Below, piece by piece: positions 29,344 through 38,015 of a stretch of DNA of 48,438 bases. Position numbers and translations under genes: made by a program. Origin of the DNA: an uncultured bacterium (GTDB lineage Bacteria > Patescibacteriota > Minisyncoccia > Phycocordibacterales > PALSA-1337). A model generated the notes under the pieces. The model was not told where the DNA came from, made no database searches, and was given only the letters and a program-made list of their open reading frames with translations. Where the stretch lies: positions 1 through 48,438 of the forward strand of contig CAIPHR010000073.1 of NCBI GenBank assembly GCA_903864905.1. Reading direction: 5' to 3'. Position 1 is the first letter of the stretch. The number at the start of each line of letters is the position of its first letter.

Positions 29344-30249
29344 ATGTTACAGGAGATAGGTAAGCAGCTTAGTAAGAGAAAATCTCAACTTCTCAAAAGA
29401 ATAACCTTAATAGTCTGGCCGTATATTTTATTGGGAGTTGTTGGATATATTGTAAATTTTTTCTATGATATTAGGTCGCTAATCAATAGTCATTTAATAG
29501 TTTCTGTTATAGTACTGTTCACTTATGTGTTATTAGCTGGTGTATACGGCATTATTATTCGGTTTATCTTTAATATTGAAAAACAGATTTGGGTAGACTC
29601 ATATTTTGATCGTAGGGAGTTGGATCCAAAAGATAGTTGGAAAATATCGGTTAAATTATTTTGGCCAGCTCTATGGTTTAGGTTGAATATATTTTGGAAG
29701 TATTACTTCTTACCAATCACAGCAACTGTTTTGGGTTTGATATTGTGCACATGGATCATGAGTCAGTACGCTTATAAATATGAATCGTTACTATGGGTAC
29801 TTATTTCTATACCATTGTTATTTGTTATTGCATTATGTATTTACGCATACTTCCTAAAAATAAGACTAAGATATACATGGTTTGTGTTTTTGGACACTTT
29901 TGGAAGTAGCTACTCTTTTAGAAATTTAGTTGATGAGATGAACAAATTAAATAACATAAGTAAAACAGAGACTTTTAAAAAGTCACTCATTGCAAATCTA
30001 GGTGCTGATACAGTAAAAGGTGTAACTAGTATTGCAATACAAGGTATTACTAGTGGTATTTCTATGCTTGGTAATTCTGGTCAATTACTTGGTGGTGTAT
30101 TGAGAGTTTATGGTGATGAGGCAAACAGACAGATTACTGATATGGCAAACATATCCTCACAGTATCTCCTTTATAGATTTGCGAGAAAAGAGTTATATGG
30201 TCAAGAACAAGCTGTTAATGATTCAATCTATAATATGAAATTAGATTAG
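29344..30249 (+). CDS. Hypothetical multi-TM membrane protein
   Basis: 301-aa AT-rich ORF with several TM helices. Confidence 0.7.
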   Translation: MLQEIGKQLSKRKSQLLKRITLIVWPYILLGVVGYIVNFFYDIRSLINSHLIVSVIVLFTYVLLAGVYGIIIRFIFNIEKQIWVDSYFDRRELDPKDSWKISVKLFWPALWFRLNIFWKYYFLPITATVLGLILCTWIMSQYAYKYESLLWVLISIPLLFVIALCIYAYFLKIRLRYTWFVFLDTFGSSYSFRNLVDEMNKLNNISKTETFKKSLIANLGADTVKGVTSIAIQGITSGISMLGNSGQLLGGVLRVYGDEANRQITDMANISSQYLLYRFARKELYGQEQAVNDSIYNMKLD

Positions 30250-30260
30250 AAATTTTTTCC

Positions 30261-30315
30261 AAACTACCCATATGCTTCCGTATCCCAGTTCAGGCATTCT
30301 CCACTAATCCACGCA
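30261..30315. repeat. Degenerate half-copy (C) of the att-like repeat
   Basis: ACCCATAT...CCCAGTTC...CTCCACTAATCCACGCA aligns with the left half of copies A and B. Confidence 0.7.
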
Positions 30316-30366
30316 AGAGAACTACGAATGATTGAAAATATTCGTTAAATAGTTTATTCTTACAAA

Positions 30367-30470
30367 GCACTGCTTCGCTAAAGCTTCGCAGTGCAAGCAC
30401 TTCGAAGCTCGAGTATCTTGTGCAGTTGTGCCTGCACTTCGAAGCTCGAGCTAAGCGAGAGCGAAGTAGT
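30367..30470. repeat. Palindromic REP-like cluster upstream of tRNA-Thr
   Basis: GCACTGC...GCAGTGC stem; GCACTTCGAAGCTCGAG repeated at 30397-30413 and 30434-30450. Confidence 0.65.
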
Positions 30471-30543
30471 GCCGATGTAGCTCAGTTGGTAGAGCACGCC
30501 ATTGGTAATGGCGAGGTCTCCGGTTCAATCCCGGACGTCGGCT
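30471..30543 (+). tRNA. tRNA-Thr (GGT)
   Basis: GCCGATG/CGTCGGC; CGCCA-TTGGTAA-TGGCG; GGTTCAATCCC. Confidence 0.95.
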
Positions 30544-30597
30544 CAAAGCAAAGACTCCATGTGGATTCTGAATTGATATTATCGTATACTAGACACC

Positions 30598-31176
30598 ATG
30601 ATAATTATCGGAATAACAGGGACTTTGGGTGCAGGAAAAGGTGTTGCTGTATCATATTTAGAAAAGAAAGGTTTCGTGCATTATTCTGCAAGAAGTTTCA
30701 TTCTTGAAGAGGTTAGAAAGCGTGGCCTACCAGAAGTTAGAGATTCGAATGTCACTGTTGCAAATGAACTTCGTAAGATTCATTCACCAAGCTATATTCT
30801 TGAAAGTCTATACAATATGGCTGCAGAAGCTGGTGGTAATAGTGTACTAGAATCAGTGAGAACTCCTGGAGAAATCGATTTCTTGAAAAAGCAAAAGTCT
30901 TTCTACCTTTTATCAGTTAATGCTGATCAGAATGAGAGGTATAGAAGAGTTGTGAAGAGGAATACATCTTTTGATAATGTATCATTCGATGAATTCCAAT
31001 TGCATGATTCTAGAGAGATGGAAGCCACGGATCCAAATAAACAGAATATAGGGGAATGTATGAGGCTTGCAGATTTCCAGGTACAGAATGATGGTACGAT
31101 AGAGGAGTTCCATGTTAAGATCGATGCTGTGTTGAAAGAGATAGAGAAGAGGGAAAAAAGTAGTATGCCAAAGTAG
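30598..31176 (+). CDS. P-loop nucleotide kinase (dephospho-CoA/NMP kinase-like)
   Basis: IIGITGTLGAGKG, ESVRTPGE, RYRR...R, ADFQVQNDGT. Confidence 0.85.
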   Translation: MIIIGITGTLGAGKGVAVSYLEKKGFVHYSARSFILEEVRKRGLPEVRDSNVTVANELRKIHSPSYILESLYNMAAEAGGNSVLESVRTPGEIDFLKKQKSFYLLSVNADQNERYRRVVKRNTSFDNVSFDEFQLHDSREMEATDPNKQNIGECMRLADFQVQNDGTIEEFHVKIDAVLKEIEKREKSSMPK

Positions 31177-31242
31177 CTCAGTTGGTAGAGCATCGCTTTC
31201 GTAAAGCGAGGGTCCCCGGTTCGATCCCGGGCTTTGGCTCCA
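31167..31242 (+). tRNA. tRNA-Thr (CGT), with encoded CCA
   Basis: GCCAAAG/CTTTGGC-T-CCA; TCGCT-TTCGTAA-AGCGA. Confidence 0.95.
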
Positions 31243-31357
31243 AAGATATTCAAGAGCTGGAATATTAAAATAAAAAACACCCAAGATTTCTGATGGGTGT
31301 CTCTGTGTGTACAGAGGTAAGTCTACAGATTTCTATACTACGTATGTCGTAGGTTTG

Positions 31358-32548
31358 TCATCTGTGGAAGTATTTTCTGTAAGACACTAAAAGAACTATC
31401 GATATTATTCCAGATACTATGCCCAAACACGTGAGTGCATAGCCGAGTGAAATTACACTAGTCAATATACCAAACATATACATGCATATGACCTCAGCAA
31501 ACTGATATGTAGATGATTTTACTGATATCATCGTAGCTCGTTGTTTTGAATTGATATTTTCATGAAGAAGTGAATTGATGAAAGGGGTAGTGAAGCCCCT
31601 AACAAAATTTTGTGGTAATACCATGATGACTGCCCAGGGTTCCACGACTATCCCCATTACTAATATTGGAAAAACTATGCATGAGAGTGACAATGTAATA
31701 CTTGCTATAGACGATAGCTTACTTGATATAGTGTGTGCGTAGTAGCTAGATATTGCAGCTATCACATTTAATACCATGAATATGTAACCATAGTATATGA
31801 GTTTGATACCTACTTCCTTGAAGTATGGATTATAGGTAAAAAACCATAACTTTGAAGTGACGCTTACTATCGTGGCTAGCGCAATGATCCAAACAATTTT
31901 CTTGTTAGTCCAGCAACTTTTAATAGCTGTCAGCATATTAGTTTTTGTAACAAACATACCTGCTTGATCATTCGACTCGTATTCATGTGGCGCTTCTTTG
32001 AATGCGAATACCATGAGAAATCCAGTCATAATGATAACTGTGTCTATAATGCAAGGAAGTCGAATATATATCGCAGCTAGATAGCCTGATGATATGACTG
32101 CTATTGCAACTACAAAGTATCTGAGACACATAATCTTGCCTTCTATCTTTCGGTATTCATTTTGCCGCTTTATTGCACGCAAACTGTCGTAAAGTAGTGC
32201 GGAATCAGCGCCAGACATGAACGAATAGCCGATAGCCCAGCATGTATTGGATATCCATATTTCAATCTTTGAACTAGCTAGTGTGAACATAACCACTTCT
32301 GTCATTATGAATGCCAGTCCAACTATCATTGAATTTTTTCTTCCAAAACGATCAGCGAAGTGTCCAGTCGGTATCTGTAGAAAGGAAGCGATGATGACAC
32401 AAGATGCTTCCATGTAATATATCTCTGCCAGAGACATGAATGACACGCTCTGAATGTATGTTATCAATATTGGTCCCCATAGTATTGGTTCTCGTAGCAT
32501 GGCGTACAGATAATAGAGACGAATATTTTTTTCGTATAATTTTGGCAT
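31358..32548 (-). CDS. MFS transporter
   Basis: QIPTGHFADRFGRK motif A, SGADSALLYDSL, ~12 TM. Confidence 0.93.
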   Translation of the reverse strand: MPKLYEKNIRLYYLYAMLREPILWGPILITYIQSVSFMSLAEIYYMEASCVIIASFLQIPTGHFADRFGRKNSMIVGLAFIMTEVVMFTLASSKIEIWISNTCWAIGYSFMSGADSALLYDSLRAIKRQNEYRKIEGKIMCLRYFVVAIAVISSGYLAAIYIRLPCIIDTVIIMTGFLMVFAFKEAPHEYESNDQAGMFVTKTNMLTAIKSCWTNKKIVWIIALATIVSVTSKLWFFTYNPYFKEVGIKLIYYGYIFMVLNVIAAISSYYAHTISSKLSSIASITLSLSCIVFPILVMGIVVEPWAVIMVLPQNFVRGFTTPFINSLLHENINSKQRATMISVKSSTYQFAEVICMYMFGILTSVISLGYALTCLGIVSGIISIVLLVSYRKYFHR

Positions 32549-32605
32549 AATTGTTTTCTTTCGTTTTTATATATTTGTCAATGAACTATTGATTCACGGG
32601 AAACT

Positions 32606-32634
32606 AAAAAAAATCTCAGCGTCCCGGCCGAGAT
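32606..32634 (-). terminator. Leader (attenuator) terminator upstream of the MFS gene
   Basis: ATCTCGGC-CGGGAC-GCTGAGAT followed by T7 on the minus strand. Confidence 0.8.
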
Positions 32635-32664
32635 GTTTGTTTATAGAGAATTAGGAGAGAATAC

Positions 32665-32763
32665 TCATGAAACAACATTACCTCGGTCGAGATCCGAAAA
32701 TACGCACACAGCGTATTCTGCGTTCTTGGTTAGGTTTGAGTTGTACATGAAATGATTATTCAT
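32665..32763 (-). CDS. Putative 32-aa leader peptide MNNHFMYNSNLTKNAEYAVCVFSDLDRGNVVS
   Basis: Starts 9 nt after the -10 box; its 3' end overlaps the predicted antiterminator strand. Confidence 0.55.
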   Translation of the reverse strand: MNNHFMYNSNLTKNAEYAVCVFSDLDRGNVVS

Positions 32764-32772
32764 ACGTTATAA

Positions 32773-32801
32773 ATAGTAGCATGGGTTTGGTGGAGAGGCA
32801 A
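32773..32801 (-). promoter_or_regulatory. Sigma70 promoter of the leader-MFS unit
   Basis: TTGCCT-17nt-TACTAT with TG extension. Confidence 0.65.
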
Positions 32802-32824
32802 GGTGTCATACTAGATAACAGAAA

Positions 32825-32853
32825 TTGCATAACGTACAGAAATATGGTATAAT
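32825..32853 (+). promoter_or_regulatory. Sigma70 promoter of the ABC exporter
   Basis: TTGCAT-17nt-TATAAT with TG extension. Confidence 0.7.
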
Positions 32854-32922
32854 CTTATTAGGTTTTTGTGCGATCTTGCACATAAAGTTAGAAAACAATA
32901 ACATTGGTAGGTACATTGAAAT

Positions 32923-34746
32923 ATGAATAAAATAGGTACAGCGAAACGTATTTGGGGTATTTGTGCTCCATTTCATCGACATTTGGTAGGATCTCTCGGT
33001 ATAGTTCTGGCACATCAGGCTGTAAACTCTATATTTCCACTCATAATGGGACTCATGGTTACAGCTGTGGTAGAAAAACAATACACGACCTTGATTTGGT
33101 CTATCCTGGTTTGGTCTATATTGATCACTGCACGGACAGGAGTCGGATATTTTCGTGACTTTTACGAGATTCGATATCTCAGTTACGATTTCCCTCGGCA
33201 CCTTTCGCAGATATCTATGGAGAAGTTTTTTAACGTCTCCATGGGACAGCACCACCTCGGGCACTCGTTGATCAAAAGTAGTGTTGTGAGGAAGGGTGAG
33301 GCGGCGATCTCGGGTACGGTAAATTCAGTAATTTACGAGTTATTGCCGCTCATCTTCATGATAACATTGCCGCTCGCATTCATGATCGTAAAAGTTCCAG
33401 TCGTCGGTCTGAGTGTCAGTGTAACGATAATTATCTTCATCTGGTATTCATATAGATTTAACAAATTTTTTGTTACTAAACTATGTGGACTCGATACATT
33501 GGCAAATACTGTATCAAAGAAGCATGGCGAGGTGATACAGAATGCAGACGTTGTTTACGTCAATGCACAAGAAGAAAGAGTGAAAATAGAATGTGATGAC
33601 GGGAACGTACTACAAGGAGTGCAAGGTAAGCCAGTTTGGCTTTCTTATGTTGCATGGTTCTTCGGTGGTTTGTGGTTTACTCAACTTTCGCAAGTTGTAT
33701 GTATCGCTATCAGTGCATACTTGGCTTATCAAGGTAGGATTTCCTCGGGGACTTTCGTTGCATTGTTTATGTGGATCGGTACATCTCTAGGAATGTTATG
33801 GAATATCAGTAACATGCAGCGTAACATGGCAAAGAACATGGCGCCCATTAGCAAGTATTTCAAGTTTCTTGATTATGAGCCAGACATATTGATGCCGAAA
33901 AATCCTGTGCCGATAGAACACTTACGTGGGCGCATCGAATTTCGCCACGTCAGTTTTACCTATCGTTCTAGGGCAACCATGGATGACCTGGAAAATGATG
34001 GCACAGAACAGGTAAAATCAGTCGAGAATGTTGTAGGCAACGTGTCTGAGATTTCAGCTCTCATGGATGTTTCATTTGTTCTAGAAGAAGGTAAACGCTA
34101 TGCGTTTGTCGGTAGATCTGGAGCAGGAAAATCAACCCTAGTAGGTCTCATATTGCGAGCATTCGATCCACAGTCTGGCCATGTGCTCATCGACGGTGTC
34201 GATGTTAGAATTCTTGATTATCAAGATCTCCGTCGTAGGATCGGCCTAGTACCCCAGGACGTGGCCCTATTTGATGGTACGATACGTTACAACGTAACAT
34301 TCGGTATGAATGGAAGTGCTCTCAATGTTACGGACACTGAACTCGAGGTAGCCGCCAAGTTGGCGCGCGTTTCTGAGTTCAAGGAGAAGCTGGAAAAAGG
34401 TTGGGAAACCTTGATCGGAGAGCGAGGTATCAAGCTCTCTGGGGGCCAGCGGCAGAGGGTTGGGATAATGCGGGCGCTCATAAAGAATCCACAGATCCTC
34501 ATCTTCGATGAAGCGACCTCGAGTCTCGATATGGAAAATGAGTCGGGGATCCGTGAAAGTATCATCGAAGCCTCAGCAGGAAAGACGGCGATCATCATTG
34601 CGCATCGTCTGGCTACTGTTAAGGATGCCGACAAGATCTTTGTCTTTGATGAAGGCAAGGTCGTTGGTGAAGGGACTCATGAGGAGCTCCTTCGGGCAAA
34701 TGAATATTACCAGCGCCTTGTTCAGAAGCAAGTGATAATGGCTTGA
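32923..34746 (+). CDS. ABC exporter, fused TMD-NBD (MsbA/MdlB-like)
   Basis: 6-TM domain; GRSGAGKST, LSGGQRQR, ILIFDEATS, IAHRL. Confidence 0.95.
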   Translation: MNKIGTAKRIWGICAPFHRHLVGSLGIVLAHQAVNSIFPLIMGLMVTAVVEKQYTTLIWSILVWSILITARTGVGYFRDFYEIRYLSYDFPRHLSQISMEKFFNVSMGQHHLGHSLIKSSVVRKGEAAISGTVNSVIYELLPLIFMITLPLAFMIVKVPVVGLSVSVTIIIFIWYSYRFNKFFVTKLCGLDTLANTVSKKHGEVIQNADVVYVNAQEERVKIECDDGNVLQGVQGKPVWLSYVAWFFGGLWFTQLSQVVCIAISAYLAYQGRISSGTFVALFMWIGTSLGMLWNISNMQRNMAKNMAPISKYFKFLDYEPDILMPKNPVPIEHLRGRIEFRHVSFTYRSRATMDDLENDGTEQVKSVENVVGNVSEISALMDVSFVLEEGKRYAFVGRSGAGKSTLVGLILRAFDPQSGHVLIDGVDVRILDYQDLRRRIGLVPQDVALFDGTIRYNVTFGMNGSALNVTDTELEVAAKLARVSEFKEKLEKGWETLIGERGIKLSGGQRQRVGIMRALIKNPQILIFDEATSSLDMENESGIRESIIEASAGKTAIIIAHRLATVKDADKIFVFDEGKVVGEGTHEELLRANEYYQRLVQKQVIMA

Positions 34747-34763
34747 TTCATCAGTCTACACTA

Positions 34764-34798
34764 GCCGCAGCGTCCATCGGGGATTCTGCGGTTTTTTT
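34764..34798 (+). terminator. Intrinsic terminator
   Basis: GCCGCAG...CTGCGGT followed by a T run. Confidence 0.7.
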
Positions 34799-34842
34799 GA
34801 TGCCTCGTACCATCACGTAAGCTGTGGTAGAATCCATGGGTC

Positions 34843-35469
34843 ATGACATTCCTAAGAATATCCCAGTTTCTGACATGGCCAATAGCTTTTGTCTATTTTC
34901 ACTTATTTTACCGTCTACGTATAAATGGTAGAGAAAATTTCAATAAAGTGAATAGTCCATTCATTATAATAGTGAATCATTTCAGTTTTGTTGATAGTTT
35001 TCTATTCCGTTTAATTCTAGGTTTTTCTACTCCACACCTACCACTTAGATTCATGGCAGTCGAAAAGTTCAGTTGGAAATGGCTCAATTTTCTTTCTGAG
35101 ATAGGAGTGGTACCATTTATTTATAGTATTTTTGGAGTGTTCGTCGTTGTTCCAGGACAAGGTCTTCAAAAGAATTTGGAGATGGCAAAGAAGATCATCA
35201 GTAAAAAGGGGAATATAGTCATCTACCCTGAAGGAAAAATTGTTACAGATCATGTGATCGCTCCATTCAGATCAGGTGCGGCAGTTCTTGCAATAGAGAC
35301 TAATACTCCAGTTATACCAGTCTCACTACGTCTTGGTGATAGACATTTTATTCGTAAAGACCTTGTTGTCAATATTGGAGAGCCTTTACGTGTTGGTGCT
35401 GAAGGAGATGTAGAAGTCACGGTCAAGATGTTTTATGAGTCTATATTGATGTTATATGCAATGGTATGA
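34843..35469 (+). CDS. Lysophospholipid acyltransferase (PlsC family)
   Basis: NHFSFVD (HX4D), IYPEG, PFRSGAAVLA. Confidence 0.9.
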   Translation: MTFLRISQFLTWPIAFVYFHLFYRLRINGRENFNKVNSPFIIIVNHFSFVDSFLFRLILGFSTPHLPLRFMAVEKFSWKWLNFLSEIGVVPFIYSIFGVFVVVPGQGLQKNLEMAKKIISKKGNIVIYPEGKIVTDHVIAPFRSGAAVLAIETNTPVIPVSLRLGDRHFIRKDLVVNIGEPLRVGAEGDVEVTVKMFYESILMLYAMV

Positions 35470-35544
35470 GAAATGTTTAATATCCTATAATGTGTTCTAA
35501 TTACTGCTCGTGCCAAAGATATTTTATGCTATAGTTGTTACAAT

Positions 35545-36189
35545 ATGCCGTTAAAAATCGAATCATTCGAAGACGAATTTATCGATAAGATCTGTAAAGA
35601 ATCAATCGATGGCCTCAATATATTTTATGAGATAAATTGGGTTCATCATTTACCTGTACCTATAGTGGTGAAAGATCGAAAATCAATCGACCTGTTAAAA
35701 AGAGAAAAAACTGAACCATGGGTAGTTGGATGGTCAGAAGGGAATAAAGTATTCATACTCGATCGTAATAATTTTGGCTCGGAGAGCAACCACAAATATT
35801 CGCCAGAGACATATCATTCATTATTGAAGCATGAGATAAGCCATGCTTTTTATCGGATTCTTTGTGGTGGAAATATGAAACCCATTTGGCTTTGTGAGGG
35901 AGTTGCCATATTTACGTCCGGACAAAATAGGGAGAAGCGTCCGGTAGAATGTTTCAAAGAATTTCTCAATTTCCAGGAAGACGGCGGTAGTGGAGTTTAT
36001 GCCGAATCTGGTTTCGCAGTATATTTATTGGTCAAGGAATTTGGAAAACAGAAGTTACTAGATCTTATTAAGGGACTTAAATCTATTACCTCACAAAAAG
36101 AATTTACAGAGTTATTTATAAAGATCTACGGTATTGAACCAACATATGAGAAGTTTAATGAGTTTCTCAGGAAATATTCGCTGAAGTGA
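35545..36189 (+). CDS. Gluzincin-type (peptidase MA-like) metallopeptidase
   Basis: LKHEISHA...PIWLCEGVA (HEXXH...E). Confidence 0.8.
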   Translation: MPLKIESFEDEFIDKICKESIDGLNIFYEINWVHHLPVPIVVKDRKSIDLLKREKTEPWVVGWSEGNKVFILDRNNFGSESNHKYSPETYHSLLKHEISHAFYRILCGGNMKPIWLCEGVAIFTSGQNREKRPVECFKEFLNFQEDGGSGVYAESGFAVYLLVKEFGKQKLLDLIKGLKSITSQKEFTELFIKIYGIEPTYEKFNEFLRKYSLK

Positions 36190-36255
36190 ATGATTGCTAA
36201 TAGTGCTGTTCAGGCTAGGGAACATAATTGACAGTGAAAACCGGGGTATGATGCA

Positions 36256-36747
36256 CTAGATCTTTTTATTCCCAGATTCACGATTACGTTTTTTGATGCG
36301 ATCTTCTAATTCTTTTAATGGCGCTATATCAAACTGTTGTCTTTCTTTATCAGTAGTCCTTGAATCAATGGGCGATAATACCCATTTGCTGCTGGCATCT
36401 TTTTTCCAAGATTGGGTGCCGAATTTTTGTTTTTTACCCCTCTTGAGAAGCAGCCTGTCTAAACATGTTGCATAGAATGCCAGAGCTTTCTTATATCCGA
36501 GCTCATGACTGATCTTAGAGAATCTGACAGCTTTGACCGAGTCTAGAATGCTTCCGCCATGTTGAACTATCATTGCCGCATGATAGTAGTCTTTTGCTGA
36601 TACGAGCTTACCTGTACGAATGAGACCTTGAACAACCCTCCTCCTCTCTCTATCATTTTTTGTAAGCAAAGACGCATCATTCCGTATCATCGGGTTACGT
36701 CGGTCTTTTTGATCATCATTGAATATTCTTAGTAGCTTCTTATTCAT
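36256..36747 (-). CDS. Conserved hypothetical helical protein
   Basis: DQKDR...DYYHAAMIVQHG...DRLL...QKFGTQ; TAGAAT 6 nt upstream of the ATG. Confidence 0.75.
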   Translation of the reverse strand: MNKKLLRIFNDDQKDRRNPMIRNDASLLTKNDRERRRVVQGLIRTGKLVSAKDYYHAAMIVQHGGSILDSVKAVRFSKISHELGYKKALAFYATCLDRLLLKRGKKQKFGTQSWKKDASSKWVLSPIDSRTTDKERQQFDIAPLKELEDRIKKRNRESGNKKI

Positions 36748-36899
36748 AAGATGATTCTATCATAAAAAAGCCGCCAAAAACTTATTCTGACGGCTTTCCT
36801 ATTTGCTTTATCTCCTTCCGAAGAAGGCGAGCCCGAAGGCATTTGTAATTATAGGTTAGCATACCAGATTGCAAAAAGCACATTTCCAGGGTTCTTTTG

Positions 36900-36965
36900 C
36901 TATAATGGCATCTTTACCCTCACCCTCGCGCCCTTTCCTTCATCATCTGACTCGATCTCTAATAT
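36900..36965 (-). pseudogene. Degenerate 3' end of a histidine kinase (third copy)
   Basis: LEIESDDEGKGARVRVKMP matches the C-termini of 40315-41139 and 44431-46122 at DNA and protein level. Confidence 0.75.
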
Positions 36966-37179
36966 TTCGTGATATATCCAAGAAACTCCATTCAAAATGG
37001 GTGCTGTTTCGGCATATTGACTTTCCGTTTTCTGACCAGTATACAACTTGTACTGGTCAGAAAAGGCACATTTTGCCCAGTGTGCGTCCATTCCTACTCA
37101 AAATTCATGTTTTCGATCGATGCCTAGTATCTTTATAAAATAAATACTATAATTGAGCTAATAGAGGGTTGAATTAAAA

Positions 37180-38004
37180 ATGAAAACACTTACTTCCACA
37201 TTACCAAAGATTGCTAGCTTGTCGACACAACAGAATCTACAACTGCTGGATATTAAGCGTGAAATAAATATAGTGAAGAAAGACTGCGTCAAGTTTCTTA
37301 AAGATATTAAAGACAATACTGTGGACCTGATTGTAACAGACCCAGCGTATTCTGGGATGAATGAGAAACTGAAACTAGGTCACGGGAGGATTGTTGGAGA
37401 TTATGGAAAAGAAGGTAATTCAAAATGGTTTGAGGAATTTCGAGATGATCCAGAAAATTTTAGGATTTTCCTTGCTGAATGTAAAAGAGTTCTTAAAGAT
37501 GGAGGCCACATCTTCATCATGTTTGATAATTTTTCGTTGCTCACATTAGGTCATTTGATGCGGGAATTCTTTGATGTTAAGAATATTATTGTTTGGGATA
37601 AGGTAAACATTGGCATGGGACATTATTTCAGACGGAGACACGAGATGATTATTTTTGCAAGTAAAGGCAAGAGGAAGTTGAACAATAGGAGGACTCCTGA
37701 TGTATGGAGATTTAAGCGTATTCATAATGCGGCGTATCCCACACAAAAACCAGTTGAATTATTTGAGGCTATGATCAACGGAAGTGCGAGCCAAGACTTT
37801 TTAGTTGTCGATCCATTTATAGGGAGCGGTAGTTCAGCCATTGCGGCGATTAAAAAAGGCTGTAAATTTTTAGGTTGTGACCTTTCCGATGAAGCTGTGA
37901 GTATAACGAAGAAAAGAGTAGACCATTATTTACATACAGGGCTCGATTTATTACAGCCGGAAAGTTCCGCATTACCAGCTGACATTCTGAACAAATTCTG
38001 GTAA
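37180..38004 (+). CDS. Amino (N4-C/N6-A) DNA methyltransferase, beta class
   Basis: IVTDPAY, YPTQKP, DPFIGSGS. Confidence 0.9.
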   Translation: MKTLTSTLPKIASLSTQQNLQLLDIKREINIVKKDCVKFLKDIKDNTVDLIVTDPAYSGMNEKLKLGHGRIVGDYGKEGNSKWFEEFRDDPENFRIFLAECKRVLKDGGHIFIMFDNFSLLTLGHLMREFFDVKNIIVWDKVNIGMGHYFRRRHEMIIFASKGKRKLNNRRTPDVWRFKRIHNAAYPTQKPVELFEAMINGSASQDFLVVDPFIGSGSSAIAAIKKGCKFLGCDLSDEAVSITKKRVDHYLHTGLDLLQPESSALPADILNKFW

Positions 38005-38015
38005 TCTTCAAGTTT

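Larger units (their letters stand above)
23578..30315. mobile_element. Tandem cassette array / genomic island at the tRNA-Asp 3' end
   Basis: CGCGCA core recurs at 23578, 24013, 25262, 28761 and 28835, and as CACGCA at 30310, with related flanks; accessory cargo. Confidence 0.6.

Noticed and set aside
30420..31284. ORFs 30420-30707, 30927-31280 and 30982-31284
   Set aside because: Read through tRNA genes or lie antisense to a real CDS; artefacts
31358..34746. MFS and ABC transporters as exporters of the RiPP
   Set aside because: 6.5-10 kb away, outside the kinase-repeat-bounded module, and no C39 peptidase domain; link unsupported
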